DNA of 64,000 nt. It comes from Dehalococcoidia bacterium. GTDB lineage: Bacteria > Chloroflexota > Dehalococcoidia > Lucifugimonadales > CAZENU01. The position numbers were made by a program, and so were the translations under genes. Under the pieces are notes generated by a model that was not told where the DNA came from, ran no database searches, and saw nothing but the letters and a program-made list of their open reading frames with translations. This document shows, one piece after another, positions 63,504 to 64,000 of the stretch; within the stretch, counting starts at the first letter, position 1; every line of letters starts with the position of its first letter. Location of the stretch: contig CBDCTC010000005.1 in assembly GCA_965222125.1 (NCBI GenBank), positions 403,699-467,698 of the forward strand, given 5' to 3'.

Positions 63504-64000
63504 ATGGAGGCGACGTTGAACGCTGACGACGCGCGGCATATCGGCTCCAGGCTGGAGCTGTTTGTCGACGACTGGCTCATAGACCGGATGAGCGGCACGA
63601 CGTTGAAGCTGCATCCGCCGCAGCCGCGCGAGGTGGTGCTGGAGTTCGACAGGCCGTGGGAGGGCCCGGTCAGCCTTCCCGGCTCGGTCATCCATGACGG
63701 CGGCCGGTACAGGATGTGGTACGCGGCGCGCTCCGTCGGCGGCGCCTCCGGACAGGGCGCCGGCTCTCACACCGCGTACGCCGAGAGCCCGGACGGCATC
63801 CACTGGGAACGGCCAAACCTGGGCCTGACCGAGATCGACGGCTCGCGGGCCAACAACGTGATCGCCTATGACACCGACGACACGCATATCGGCGGCATCG
63901 ACCGGGACGGCAACCCCGGCGTCCCGGCCGACGAGGCGTACAAGGCCGTGACCGTGCGCCGGCTGGAGGACCGCAGCCACTACATACGGGGGTTTATCTC
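63504..64000 (+). CDS. Hypothetical protein, N-terminal part (3' end outside the window); possible beta-propeller glycosidase-like fold
   Basis: Open frame from ATG 63504 to the window end: MEATLNADDARHIGSRLELFVDDWLIDRMSG...GRYRMWYAA...YAESPDGIHWERP. The family call is tentative. Confidence 0.45.
   Translation, partial: MEATLNADDARHIGSRLELFVDDWLIDRMSGTTLKLHPPQPREVVLEFDRPWEGPVSLPGSVIHDGGRYRMWYAARSVGGASGQGAGSHTAYAESPDGIHWERPNLGLTEIDGSRANNVIAYDTDDTHIGGIDRDGNPGVPADEAYKAVTVRRLEDRSHYIRGFI

Noticed and set aside
1-64000. tRNA, rRNA or tmRNA genes
   Set aside because: I scanned the intergenic regions (145-223, 2303-2588, 17013-17134, 22515-22734, 24843-24980, 40626-41128, 52905-53246) by eye and saw no cloverleaf-like or rRNA-like sequence. 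A tRNAscan-SE/Infernal run would be needed to confirm absence.

Overview
High-GC bacterial chromosomal window. Function calls come from reading the translated ORFs by eye; no BLAST or HMM search was run. The GT39/DUF2298 'YYY' giant membrane protein and the many enolase-superfamily, CoA-transferase and SDR genes tentatively suggest Chloroflexota. Most of the window is housekeeping: rplK-rplA-rplJ-rplL, a non-classical succinate dehydrogenase (SdhA, SdhB, HdrB-like CCG subunit), mdh, an icd-like gene, a 5S/epsilon/12S biotin carboxyltransferase set, folP-folK, glyQS, hppA, corA and def. Accessory material is interspersed. There are two AT-richer islands: an AIPR abortive-infection gene at about 22.5-24.9 kb, and a five-gene operon at about 53.1-57.3 kb. 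That operon encodes a HARE-HTH protein, a GHKL ATPase, two unknown proteins and a toxin-less Phd antitoxin. There are several toxin-antitoxin modules, including a decayed array translationally coupled to glyQS. Three IS elements are present: two inverted IS1380-family copies, each with its own 5-bp target-site duplication (TSD), about 13 kb apart, and one IS5/IS427-like element. REP-like palindromes also occur. The 53-57 kb operon is my best candidate for an uncharacterised conflict or defence system, but that is inference from domain motifs and gene packing only. At least 14 frame disruptions lie almost only in accessory or mobile genes (fpg is the only housekeeping-type gene hit), while very long core ORFs are intact. 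This points to real pseudogenes rather than uniform sequencing error, but it needs read-level checking. I saw no tRNA, rRNA or CRISPR array.
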